In this document: positions 1-9,420 of the stretch, in pieces
How the letters are laid out: each line of letters opens with the position of its first letter
How positions within the stretch are numbered: the first letter of the stretch is position 1
Source: Lama guanicoe
Lineage: Eukaryota
Direction: 5' to 3'
Length of the DNA stretch: 64,000 nucleotides
Assembly: GCA_013239625.1 (NCBI GenBank)
Contig: MU053881.1
Span: 620,001-684,000 of the forward strand
Position numbers and translations under genes: made by a program
The notes under the pieces: model-generated
What the model saw: only the letters and a program-made list of their open reading frames with translations
What the model was told of the DNA's origin: nothing
Databases searched by the model: none

Positions 1-1006
1 GGCAGGGCCTGGCTGCCTCAGCTGCAGGCAGTGATGTCGTTGACTTATTTTTGCTCGCTGGGCCCTGCCAGACCGGTGGAGCCAGGTACTTGGCACCCTG
101 GGGATCCCTCTTCACTGTCAGGGAGCCCCTCCTCTGTGCTGCTGCTTCTGGCCCATGTGCACCCCTAATGCCTGCAGCTGGGACCCAGCTGGAGGTTCTG
201 ACACAGGTCTCCTTGGGATGGCATGGTGCAGGCCTGAAACAGATCTCCAGAGAACCAGGCCTTGGGGCACTGAGAGCTCGCATCCCCTCTCTGCCGCTGA
301 CTTACTGAGGGACCCTGGACTAGTTTCTCAACTTCGTTTGTTCAGCTAAGCACAGGGGACTGTAACTGCAGCAGTCACCCCCCGGGGCTGGCTGAGACTA
401 TGAATCGTGAGCTGGTGCCTGGTGTAGAATGACAAGCGTGACGTGAAGACAGTGACAAGGGGGCCCCTGGGGCTCAGTCCTACTTGGAGGATGAGTGGGG
501 GAATCCAGGGAGGTTTTCTGTGCCCCGGGGGCCTTGGGGATGGGGCTGCCTGTGCTCTCAGTGAAGAGGGGCAGGGAGTGAAGTGCAGAGGCTGAGATGC
601 GGGACAGGGGGAGGCTGGGGGGCTGAGTTCCTTGAGGGAGGGCTGGGTCCTTGTGCACTGTATGGGACCTTGGGTGTCCTACCTCCTGGAAGGAGCAGAT
701 GCTGCAAGGAGAAGCAAGAGGGGCTTTGGAGCCACTGGGTGGAGAGGATTTGTCCCACCTGGGGCTGGAAGTGATCCTGCAGCCCTCCCACTTCAGATAT
801 CTCCTCAGTGGAGAAAATAGAGGGGCAGATGGAGAGCACTGGAGAGGGCGAATTCCCTTAGTGGAGGCTTTTCTTCCCCAAGTGTGTCAGTGTGACTTCA
901 GAGTGACCCTTATGTAACCCCATGTGGCTTGCATGTGGCAGGCGTGAGAACACATAGATGGGCTCTCTGTGTGTGGGTATACTGGTGACGGTGCGCACAC
1001 CCACAG

Positions 1007-1192
1007 GCGACGTGGTGGACGTGTACCAGCGGGAGTTCCTGGCGCTGCGTGACCGCTTGCATGCGGCTGAGCAGGAGAGCCTCAAGCGCTCCAAGGAGCT
1101 CAACCTGGTGCTGGACGAGATCAAGAGGGCCGTGTCGGAGCGGCAGGCGCTACGAGACGGAGACAGCAATCACACCTGGGCCCGCCTAACCG
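1007..1192 (+). CDS. MGAT4B: MGAT4B exon 2 (stem/coiled coil)
   Basis: ccacag|GCGACGTG...ACCG|gtgagc; [10 protein letters not shown]...WARLT. Confidence 0.95.
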
Positions 1193-4100
1193 GTGAGCCT
1201 CGGCCAGCACAAGAAGCAGCAGGGCACATGGGGCGGATGGTGGGCAGCCAGCCTTGTCTGACCTGTCCCTTCCCGACCCACCCAGAGGATCCACGCCTAA
1301 AGCCGTGGAACGTCTCCCACAAGCACGTGCTGCACCTGCCCACTGTCTTCCATCACCTGCCGCACCTGCTGGCCAAGGAAAGCAGCCTGCAGCCGGCAGT
1401 GCGCGTGGGCCAGGGCCGCACAGGAGGTAGGGACGAGCCTGGATGGGGCGGGGGGCGGGGCGTTCCCCTGCGGGGCGGCCGGTGGAGTGCCCGGGACCAA
1501 CCCTCCGCACCCCCGCAGTGTCGGTGGTGATGGGCATCCCCAGCGTGCGACGAGAGGTGCACTCGTACCTGACAGACACGCTGCACTCACTCATCTCAGA
1601 GCTGAGCCCACAGGAGAAGGAGGACTCGGTCATCGTGGTGCTGATTGCCGAGGCGAGTGGGCTGGGGTAATGGTTGGGGGGACGTTCAGAGGAGGACACA
1701 GGGCACAAAATAACAAGGAGAAATGAAAACAGAGCAACATTTAAGAGGGAAAAGCTATTAGGTCAGTCGTCAGTTTCATCCACAAACACCACGATAAAGT
1801 TGAAGGAAACATGCTAGCGCCCCCTCGTGGAAATGCCAGTTACTGCCCGCCCCACCCCTTGGCCGGAGTATCTAAAAGGGCTTTTTCTGAAGGCATCTGT
1901 GGCCCCCAGGCCCAGCCTTACTTAGCCTTCAGGATGGTGGGCTCACTCCTTCTGTGTGTGGGATGGTAGCCTGTGCCCTTCCACCCATCCCTTCCAGGCC
2001 ATTTGGGGTGTCAGCCTGGCTTAGGGAGGGCACTTGGTCTCCCCACAGACTGACCCACAGTATACCTCGCTGGTGACAGAGAATATCAAGGCCTTGTGAG
2101 TACTGGGGGCCAGACGATGCTGGTGGGGGGAGGGGCCTTTGCGGGGTGTTGGGCAGGTGGGTGCTGGCCTCCCCTGCAAGATGTGCCTGCCCTCTGTGGG
2201 AAAGGGTACTTCCCCTATTGGCTAAAAGGGGGTGAGTATGCAGAGGTTGCCCAGCCCCCCTGGAGTCTCACTGCCTCAGTAGGATGAGTGTGTATTGGGG
2301 GATGTCTGCGTGGTGGGTTTTAAGAAAGGGACGGGGTCTGGCCAGCTCAGCTCTGCCCCTGCTCCAGTCCGTGGCAGCTGCACACCCACTGGGCCTTCCT
2401 GTCCCCCAGGTTCCATACAGAGATCCATTCCGGGCTCCTGGAGGTCATCTCCCCCTCTCCCCACTTCTACCCTGACTTCTCCCGCCTCCGAGAGTCCTTT
2501 GGGGACCCCAAGGAGAGAGTCAGGTACTATCACTACCCTCCTCCGTGTGCCCCCAGCAACCTGCCCACCTGCACTAGGAACCTAGTCTGTTGGCATCTGA
2601 GTCCCGGGCACTTCCCTGCAGTGCCTCCATTTTTCCACTGGGGGACTTCTGCATGAGGGGGCGCCTACCCACTCAGTGGCCTCTGTGGTAGCCTCACTGG
2701 AGGTGGAGGGGTTTGAGTTCCTGAGGCCCCTGCCCCACAGGTGGAGGACCAAACAGAACCTCGATTACTGCTTCCTCATGATGTATGCACAGTCCAAAGG
2801 CATCTACTACGTGCAGGTGAGCGCTGAGACCCTGCTCTGCCCCCCTTTCCCCTGGAGCCTGGCTGGGCCTGGGTGTTGAGCCCTGCCCTGCTCCTGTGCC
2901 CATGCTGAGTCCCAGCCCCTTCTGCCCACTGCTGTGCAGCTGGAGGATGACATCGTAGCCAAGCCCAACTACCTGAGCACCATGAAGAACTTCGCTCTCC
3001 AGCAGCCCTCGGAGGACTGGATGATCCTGGAGTTCTCCCAGCTGGGCTTCATTGGTGTGCCACCCCCCCACCCCGCCCTCTGACCTGACCAGGACGCCTC
3101 CATCCAGCCCACCTCTGCCTCTGTCATCATCTCTCAGCCCCTGCCCTGCTTTGAGCCCCAGTGCCACACAGCGTCCTGCTGTGAGCCTTTGCCTGGAGTG
3201 CCTGCTGCAGCCCCACCTGGCCTGTTCCTGCCCATCCTCTGCATCGGGATGTTCTGCCCTCTTGTACCTGTGCCTGCCTGCAGACAGTGTCCCCCACAGG
3301 GATTAATTCAGCACCCTTTCCCCCTACTCCCACCCCCAGGGAAGATGTTCAAGTCGCTGGACCTGAGCCTCATTGTGGAGTTCATCCTCATGTTCTACCG
3401 GGACAAGCCCATCGACTGGCTCCTGGACCATATTCTGTGGGTGAAGGTCTGCAACCCTGAGAAGGATGCGGTAAGCAGGGCCAGCACTGAGGCAGGCTGG
3501 GCAGTGGGGCACGCAGCCTCCAGCGTGGGCTGTGTCGGCACCCCACGCAAAGAGACGGTGCTGCGGGGGAGTTTCTGTCTCGAAGGTGGAGCAGAGCTAA
3601 GCCTAGCGTGTCACCCTCCCACCACAGAAGCACTGTGACCGGCAGAAGGCCAACTTGCGGATCCGTTTCAAGCCATCCCTCTTCCAGCACGTGGGCACTC
3701 ACTCCTCTCTGGCGGGCAAGATCCAGAAACTGAAGGTGGGCTGTGCCATGCTCGAGCCTGGTCGAGTGTGGGCAGAGCCTGAGCTGAGGTTGGGCAAAGG
3801 GGTGGCAGGGCAAGTCTCGGGGCCCAGCTAGCACCGCTGTCCCTCCTCGGCTGTAGGACAAGGACTTTGGGAAGCAGGCCCTGCGGAAGGAGCATGTGAA
3901 CCCGCCGGCTGAAGTGAGCACAAGCCTCAAGACATACCAGCACTTCACCCTGGAGAAGGCCTACCTGCGCGAGGATTTCTTCTGGGCCTTCACGCCTGCT
4001 GCGGGGGACTTCATCCGCTTCCGCTTCTTCCAGCCCCTGCGACTGGAGCGGTCAGTGCCAGTGCCCACACGTCCGCCCTGGGGGTGGGGCAGGGTGGCTG

Positions 4101-5042
4101 CCGGGCTGCAGGCCTCACCCACAAGTGTGTGGACCTGCAGATGCCCCTCTGTGACCCCCAGCAAACTATTTAACTTCACCATGCCTCAGTTTTCTTACCT
4201 GAAAAGTGGGACTCGGAACATTAGCTACCTTGTAAGGCCTAAGTCGGGCAGTGCCCACAGGCGCTCAGTGACATCGTCCTTACACGTAAGGCCCTGGTTG
4301 CCTAGCACAGTCCAGCATCTGCCCCTGGTGACGCCCAGCCTCATCCAGAGCCCCAGGGCCCAGCACTGCACTCCCCGGCCAGGCCTGGCCTTTTCGCTGC
4401 TGGGCAGTGTTCCGGGTCCAGTGCCACACCCCGGCAGCAGCTCACAGGCCTGTCTGGCCACAGGTTCTTCTTCCGCAGTGGGAACATTGAGCATCCAGAG
4501 GACAAGCTCTTCAACACATCTGTAGAGGTGCTGCCCTTTGACGTGAGTGTGGTAGGGGGTGGTGTGCACTGAGGCCTGCCCCTCCCACAGCCACTGGCTT
4601 CAGCCCCTTGGTTTTGCCCTCAGAACCCCCAGTCAGACAAGGAGGCCCTGCAGGAGGGCCGCTCAGTCACTCTCCGGTACCCACGGAGCCCTGACGGCTA
4701 CCTCCAGATCGGTGAGTAAGGGGCAGTCAGGTGGAGGTGGGGGGAGAGGCTGGACTGACCAAGGGTCTTGGGGCAACCTCTCATTGCTGCCTTCCCCCAG
4801 GCTCCTTCTACAAGGGTGTGGCACAGGGCGAAGTGGACCCTGCCTTCGGCCCCCTGGAAGCACTGCGCCTCTCCATCCAGACAGACTCGCCAGTGTGGGT
4901 CATTCTAAGCGAGGTGATGCGGGGCAGGGCCGGGTGCAGGGAACAGGGAGCTGGACCCAGCAGCCAGACCAGGGCTACGTTCTGAGGCCCCTGCTGACCA
5001 TGAGCCCTGCTCTTCCAGATCTTCCTGAAAAAGGCTGACTAA
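1007..5042 (+). CDS. MGAT4B: Alpha-1,3-mannosyl-glycoprotein 4-beta-N-acetylglucosaminyltransferase B (GnT-IVb), 5'-partial; join(1007-1192,1286-1426,1519-1652,2049-2095,2410-2523,2741-2816,2940-3054,3340-3470,3628-3735,3857-4050,4464-4542,4624-4711,4801-4913,5019-5042)
   Basis: The 14 exons splice in frame (1550 nt) into [18 protein letters not shown]...[15 protein letters not shown]...VWVILSEIFLKKAD*, recognisable as MGAT4B. All introns are GT-AG except intron 4 (GC-AG). Exon 1 (signal anchor) is not in the window. Confidence 0.97.
1286..1426 (+). CDS. MGAT4B: MGAT4B exon 3
   Basis: cccag|AGGAT...GGAG|gtaggg; [29 protein letters not shown]...GQGRTG. Confidence 0.95.
1519..1652 (+). CDS. 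MGAT4B: MGAT4B exon 4 (GC donor)
   Basis: cgcag|TGTCG...GCCGAG|gcgagt; [18 protein letters not shown]...VLIAE. Confidence 0.93.
1814..1830 (-). promoter_or_regulatory. CTCF-binding motif in MGAT4B intron 4
   Basis: Minus strand reads CCACGAGGGGGCGCTAG, a near-perfect match to the CTCF core CCASYAGRKGGCRS. Confidence 0.65.
2049..2095 (+). CDS. MGAT4B: MGAT4B exon 5
   Basis: cacag|ACTGAC...GCCTT|gtgagt; [16 protein letters not shown]. Confidence 0.93.
2410..2523 (+). CDS. MGAT4B: MGAT4B exon 6
   Basis: cccag|GTTC...GTCAG|gtacta; [38 protein letters not shown]. Confidence 0.94.
2741..2816 (+). CDS. MGAT4B: MGAT4B exon 7
   Basis: cacag|GTGG...GTGCAG|gtgagc; [25 protein letters not shown]. Confidence 0.95.
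2940..3054 (+). CDS. MGAT4B: MGAT4B exon 8 (LEDD motif)
   Basis: tgcag|CTGGAG...ATTG|gtgtgc; [18 protein letters not shown]...SQLGFI. Confidence 0.95.
3340..3470 (+). CDS. MGAT4B: MGAT4B exon 9
   Basis: cccag|GGAAG...GATGCG|gtaagc; [30 protein letters not shown]...PEKDA. Confidence 0.95.
3628..3735 (+). CDS. MGAT4B: MGAT4B exon 10
   Basis: cacag|AAGCAC...CTGAAG|gtgggc; [36 protein letters not shown]. Confidence 0.95.
3857..4050 (+). CDS. MGAT4B: MGAT4B exon 11
   Basis: tgtag|GACAAG...GAGCG|gtcagt; [24 protein letters not shown]...QPLRLER. Confidence 0.95.
4464..4542 (+). CDS. MGAT4B: MGAT4B exon 12
   Basis: cacag|GTTC...TTTGAC|gtgagt; [26 protein letters not shown]. Confidence 0.95.
4624..4711 (+). 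CDS. MGAT4B: MGAT4B exon 13
   Basis: ctcag|AACCCC...ATCG|gtgagt; [29 protein letters not shown]. Confidence 0.94.
4712..4800 (+). ncRNA. Candidate mirtron (MGAT4B intron 13; positional ortholog of human MIR1229)
   Basis: 89-nt intron with a G-rich 5' arm and a pyrimidine-rich 3' arm that can pair. The 3' end CTCTCATTGCTGCCTTCCCCCAG resembles human miR-1229-3p as recalled. Confidence 0.35.
4801..4913 (+). CDS. MGAT4B: MGAT4B exon 14
   Basis: cccag|GCTCC...AGCGAG|gtgatg; [37 protein letters not shown]. Confidence 0.95.
5019..5042 (+). CDS. MGAT4B: MGAT4B exon 15 coding part
   Basis: tccag|ATCTTCCTGAAAAAGGCTGACTAA; IFLKKAD*. Confidence 0.95.
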   Translation: MFLKKAD

Positions 5043-5473
5043 GCTGGAGGCTTCCGAGGGTGCACTTCCGCTGGCCCTGAAGCCCATGAGACCTGGGATA
5101 TTGTCGCTGCTGCCCCAAGAGAGCCAGGCAAGGTCACCCCGGCCCGAGGGGTTGTGGCCAGCCCCGGTTCTGCCGGCCTGGGGTGGCCGCTGGCCCGGAG
5201 GCCCCAGGAGCTGGTGCTGCCCCGCCCGCCGGGCCGCGGGAAGAGGCAGGCGGCCCCCACACTGTGCCTGAGGCCGGCCCGAGCCGCCCAGAACGGTTCA
5301 CACCCTGGCCCGCTTGAGCCAGGCCGTTTTAGAAGAGCTTTTTCCTGGGCGCCCGTGTCTCCGGCGCGAACACTGGAATGCATATACTACTTTATGTGCT
5401 GTGTTTTTTATTCTTGGATACATTTGATTTTTTCACGTAAGTCCACATATACTTCTATAAGAGCGTTACTTGT

Positions 5474-5479
5474 AATAAA
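5474..5479 (+). terminator. MGAT4B polyadenylation signal
   Basis: AATAAA about 430 nt after the stop, at the end of an AT-rich 3'UTR block and followed by GT-rich sequence. Confidence 0.85.
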
Positions 5480-6514
5480 GGGTTAATGAAGTTTGTGCCT
5501 CCGAACTCCAGACGTCGGGCCGGCATGGGGAGAGGGACTGCGGACTTGGGGAGATGGAAGCGGGGTGGGGGCGGGTGTGGGGCGAGGCGCCAAGCGATGT
5601 CACCCGGCGCCCCCATGCCACAGAGTGGGACTTGCCCTCCGCGCAGCTCCGCACCACCTCGCCCCGATTTCCTGGGAGGGTCACGGCCGGCCGACCGCCG
5701 GGTCGGTAACTCACTGGAAGTAATTCCGCTGGTGTGGAGTTTAGGTCCAGGCCTCCAAACCAAACCCCCTAGCGCCCATCATCCCGCTTCAACCAGCTGG
5801 AGCCGCCTCTCACCCGAGGCAGCCCCCACCTCCTCATCCCCCTCCCTGGTGGGTCTCAGCCCCACCCTCGTCCCCTGTCCCCAAGGCCCTGCTCCTGCCC
5901 CTACTCTCTGACTCATTTTAGTGTCTCCCATCCACCTCGGGGTCTTTGCACACGCCGTCGCCCTGCTTGGAAAGCTCTTCTCTGCAGGCTGGGCTAAAAG
6001 TCACCTCTTTCGAGACGCTCTGCCCGGCCAGCAGGCCTTCTCCGGGTCTGGTCCCCCAAGGAACCCGGGCGTTTTCTTGAGAGCGCCTGTCACAACTACA
6101 TTGACTACACTCATGGTCGTTCCCACTGCTCCACGGGCCACGGCTTGGCCTGAATACTACACTGTTCTAGTTGTCGGTAACCGAGTACCGACAAAAAAGC
6201 TCCCTCGTGTTGGCTGTGAAGGCCAGGGTATGAGGACTAGGGCGGCTGAGGGTCAATGGAGGGGGCCAGGCCAGGGCAGAGCTGACCGCAGGAAGGAGGA
6301 GCCGTGGGATGAGCCCTGCTAGGAAAGGGCACCCGCGGGTCGGCTGTGTTAATCCACCGTCTCGGAGCAGGGCGGGAGAGGGCCGGATCCAGGACCCGAT
6401 GGAGCGTCTTTCCCGGGGAAGCAGCCGCGCCCGACGGCTAGGCCCGGAGCTAGGCCCCCCCAGGCTCTATAGCCCTCTGACTCAGAGAGTGCACTCGGGG
6501 TCCGGTCACGGCAC

Positions 6515-6520
6515 TTTAAT
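6515..6520 (-). terminator. LTC4S polyadenylation signal (ATTAAA)
   Basis: + strand TTTAAT = ATTAAA on minus, about 90 nt after the LTC4S stop. Confidence 0.75.
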
Positions 6521-6607
6521 GAGAGACTGGGATGGGAACGAGCACCCTCCCCGTCCTCCAGGAGGCTCCGGCTCTACTCCAGCTCTGCCCGCCCGGCGTC
6601 CTCAGTC

Positions 6608-6749
6608 TCAGGCTGTCTGCAGCATCTTCTGGAGCGTTCCAAGGAGCGCGGCGCGCAGGGCCGCCGGGAGGAAGTGGGCGAGCAGACCCAGCGCCGCCAG
6701 CGCCACGAGAAGCCAGAGCGCGCGCGCGCTCGCGTACAGCGGAGCCAGC
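6608..6749 (-). CDS. LTC4S: LTC4S exon 5 coding part
   Basis: gcag|GCTGGCT...[49 protein letters not shown]. Confidence 0.95.
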
Positions 6750-9250
6750 CTGCGGGCGGCGCTCAGCGGGGGCCGGGCCGGGCGGGACGGGGACGGGGCC
6801 TCCCCGACCCCACGGCCCGCCTCCGCCAGGACTCGCCCCCCTGCCCTCCCAGGGGGACCCACCGCCCAACTGTCGCTTGGTCCCGCCCGCCACTCGTTCG
6901 CGGCGTCGGCTGCCGAGACCCCGCCCGCAAGCCCCCTTTCCCCGCCCTGCTTGACCTCCCGGGAGCCCCGCCCCGGTTCTCACCTTTGCTGCGCGGAACG
7001 CGCGTATCCCTGGAAGTAGCGGAGGCGCGCGAACAGATAGACCAGGCCGCACAGCGCCGCCGCACCTGGGAGAGGGCCGGGCGGGGCGCAGGGGGTGAGC
7101 CCGCTGACCTGGGGGCGCCCGGAGCCGTAGTGCGCGCCCCTGCCCCGCACCCAGACCTTCGTGGAAGAAGATGCCGGCGACCCAGAGCGTGGCGAGGAAC
7201 AGCGGGAAGTACTCGCTGCAGTTCACTCTGCGGCGGGGCGGGGCGGCATGAGGGCCTCGGAGCGCCCGCCCGGGGCTGCCTCGCTCCCCGCCCCGCGCCC
7301 TCCCTCCGCGCCTCACTGGGCTCGGTAGACTCGCTCGAACTCCGGCGGGCCGGTGGTGAGCGGCGGCGACACGCGGAAGGCCCTACGCGCCGAGATCACC
7401 TGCAGGGAGAAGTAGGCTGGGGGAGGGGGAGTGCAGGAGTCAGACCTGGCACCCCGACCCCCGCAGCCTCCCCCGGGCTCCGCTTCCGGTCTGGCCGCGC
7501 GTCTTCTCTTCTCTCTTCGCCACGCCCCGCTTGTCCCGACTCCCCTTTAAAGTCCGGCCGAAGGGACCTCCGGCCTCCGGTCGTCTCCGGGATTGCCCTG
7601 TGTCCGACACTCAAGTGGAAGGGCAGGGTGCGGGCCGGGGGCTCCGAGAGTCCCTGCCCCACCCAGTGAGTGGAGGGAGAGGGGCTGACACGACACAGGG
7701 CACCTGTCCCCTGGAGGACTTTGCTCCTGAATCATTGACTTGCAAAACACAGGCAAATGTCCACTTCTCACTCTCTAGACATGGACTTTGGCCCAGGTCC
7801 CTGGACAGGGACTGTTACCTGAGGGCACAGCTGGCTGCATCCTTCCAGGTGCCGGGGAGCACACACCTTGTGGCCAGCAGTCCTTGCTCCCCAACCCACA
7901 GAGCCCACCAAGAGGGACCTCCTGACCCTTCCTCAGGCCAGGGTCAGCCACACCAGTGTCTCTGTGCCTCCAAAAGGTGGTGTGGGTTCCTGCCTCAGTT
8001 TCTCTATTCAAGCTCTCTGGACCCTGCCTTAATCTGACACTCTCTCCTCTATCCCCAGGTAGTTGGAGCTGGGACACTTCTAGTCCAACCCCAGGCCACC
8101 AAGGCTCTGCCCCTCTCCATTCAGCATGGATGGGCACAGAGAGTGGACTGGCCCTTGGTGGTCCGAACGCACAGGAGCCCTTTTCTTGGCCTCAGTCCAG
8201 ATACCCACTACACACACAGTCCCAGCGCTGGGTGTCCCCAGCTACTTTCCTGCAAGTTCTGTGGCCCTGGTGCTTTTGGTGCCAGGCCCTCTGCAGACCT
8301 CTACCATCCTGAGTGCACTGTGGGTGCCAAGGGTGGCCGTGCCAGCACGATGTGTGATTTGCATGAGGAGGGGCTGTGGGCCAGGTGCGCTAGGGTGGCT
8401 GGACATCAGGTCAGTCTTTCTGCTCAGCCCTTCCCCAAGCTGTGTCTTGTCCTAGCTTATGCAGTGTGAGGCAGCGGTGTTCCAAGTCAGAGTATCTATC
8501 CCAGAAATGTGTGGTCTAGGGCCAGTCTGAGAAGGGCACCCAGCAGACACCTCTGGGGGCCGGGAAGCAGGTTCCAACCCTGTCTAGCTCCACACTGTCC
8601 CAGCATAGAGAGGGTGCCTTCGAGGGCAGGGCCAGGGGATAGAGCCCTTCTATTGGGACACCCAGAGGAGAATCAGCTGGAGTAGAGCCGTCCCATGCCC
8701 ATGGCTGTTCCATTTCTGTCCCCACTGTCAGAATACCCAGAACATCCCGGCACCCTGGCACCATGCCCCACTGCTCAGCCCAACATAGCTGGCACCCCAC
8801 CTGCTCCCTGAAAGCCCTTGCCCTCTTCCAGGGTTTTTTTTATGCTGGTCCAGGGGCCACCGCCTCAACCCCAAGCCAGGTAGCTGGCATGCCTACCTCT
8901 CTTGTCCCTCAGGGGCCTGCCATCCCCTAGGTCAGGCACCTTGCACAACCTTGGCTCCTGTCCAGGGTTTCACAGTTTGCCCTGCAGACATCCCTCCAGG
9001 GCTTCCCCCCTCCCCACCTCGGGGAAGTGCAAGCCCCTCAGCCCTGGGGCATCCCACCCTCTAGTGGGGGACCAGAAGAGCTTGGGCACCAGGAATCTGG
9101 GCCCTGCCTCTGCCCTCATCTGGGCCTGGAGGGCAGAAGGCAGACTGCAGGGGTCTGAGGCCCACCCACCTCCCGAGCAGGGGCCAGCCCACCTTGCAGC
9201 AGGACTCCCAGGAGGGTGACAGTGGCCAGAAGAGCCACTTCATCCTTCAT
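6608..9250 (-). CDS. LTC4S: Leukotriene C4 synthase (MAPEG family), complete, 150 aa; complement(join(6608-6749,6984-7065,7157-7227,7317-7416,9193-9250))
   Basis: Five GT-AG exons (58+100+71+82+142=453 nt) give [63 protein letters not shown]...[21 protein letters not shown]...LQKMLQTA*. R31, R51, N55, E58, Y59, Y93, Y97 and R104 are retained. Confidence 0.97.
6984..7065 (-). CDS. LTC4S: LTC4S exon 4
   Basis: ccag|GTGCG...CAAAG|gtgaga; [26 protein letters not shown]. Confidence 0.95.
7157..7227 (-). CDS. LTC4S: LTC4S exon 3
   Basis: gcag|AGTGAAC...GAAG|gtctgg; [23 protein letters not shown]. Confidence 0.95.
7317..7416 (-). CDS. LTC4S: LTC4S exon 2
   Basis: ccag|CCTAC...GCCCA|gtgagg; [32 protein letters not shown]. 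Confidence 0.95.
9193..9250 (-). CDS. LTC4S: LTC4S exon 1 coding part
   Basis: ggcaccATGAAG...CAAG|gtgggc; [19 protein letters not shown]. Confidence 0.95.
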
Positions 9251-9420
9251 GGTGCCGGTGGCTCTGTCAGGCCAGGCTGGCATGTGAGAGGGCTGTCTGC
9301 GGAGATCTGATCAGCCCGGTCTGCTGGCCCCAAAGAGGAAGAGTGGCCTGCTCTCCCCACCTCTTCTCAGTGGAGTGGGTAGGGGAGGGGTGTGGCCATG
9401 GCCTGAGTGAGCCAGGAGCC
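9251..9420 (-). promoter_or_regulatory. LTC4S 5'UTR and TATA-less proximal promoter
   Basis: On minus: CAGAC elements (9295-9299, 9319-9323) and a GGCCACACCCCTCCCC KLF/Sp CACCC box (about 9382-9397). An Ets-like GAGGAA lies on plus near 9335. No TATA box. Confidence 0.5.

Larger units (their letters stand above)
6300..7650. promoter_or_regulatory. Intragenic CpG island over LTC4S exons 2-5
   Basis: Very high GC and CpG density by eye (e.g. GCGCGCGCGCGC near 6718-6729), unlike the CpG-poor exon 1 region. Confidence 0.8.

Noticed and set aside
4575..4590. Acceptor-like CTGCCCCTCCCACAG inside MGAT4B intron 12, resembling the end of miR-1229-3p
   Set aside because: It would leave a 48-nt intron, too short for efficient splicing; intron 13 matches the recalled mirtron over a longer span
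6674..7669. 331-aa plus-strand ORF antisense to LTC4S, and overlapping ORFs 6309..7019 and 6516..7316
   Set aside because: Arg/Gly/Pro/Ala-rich with no recognisable domain; expected from stop-codon scarcity in a CpG island
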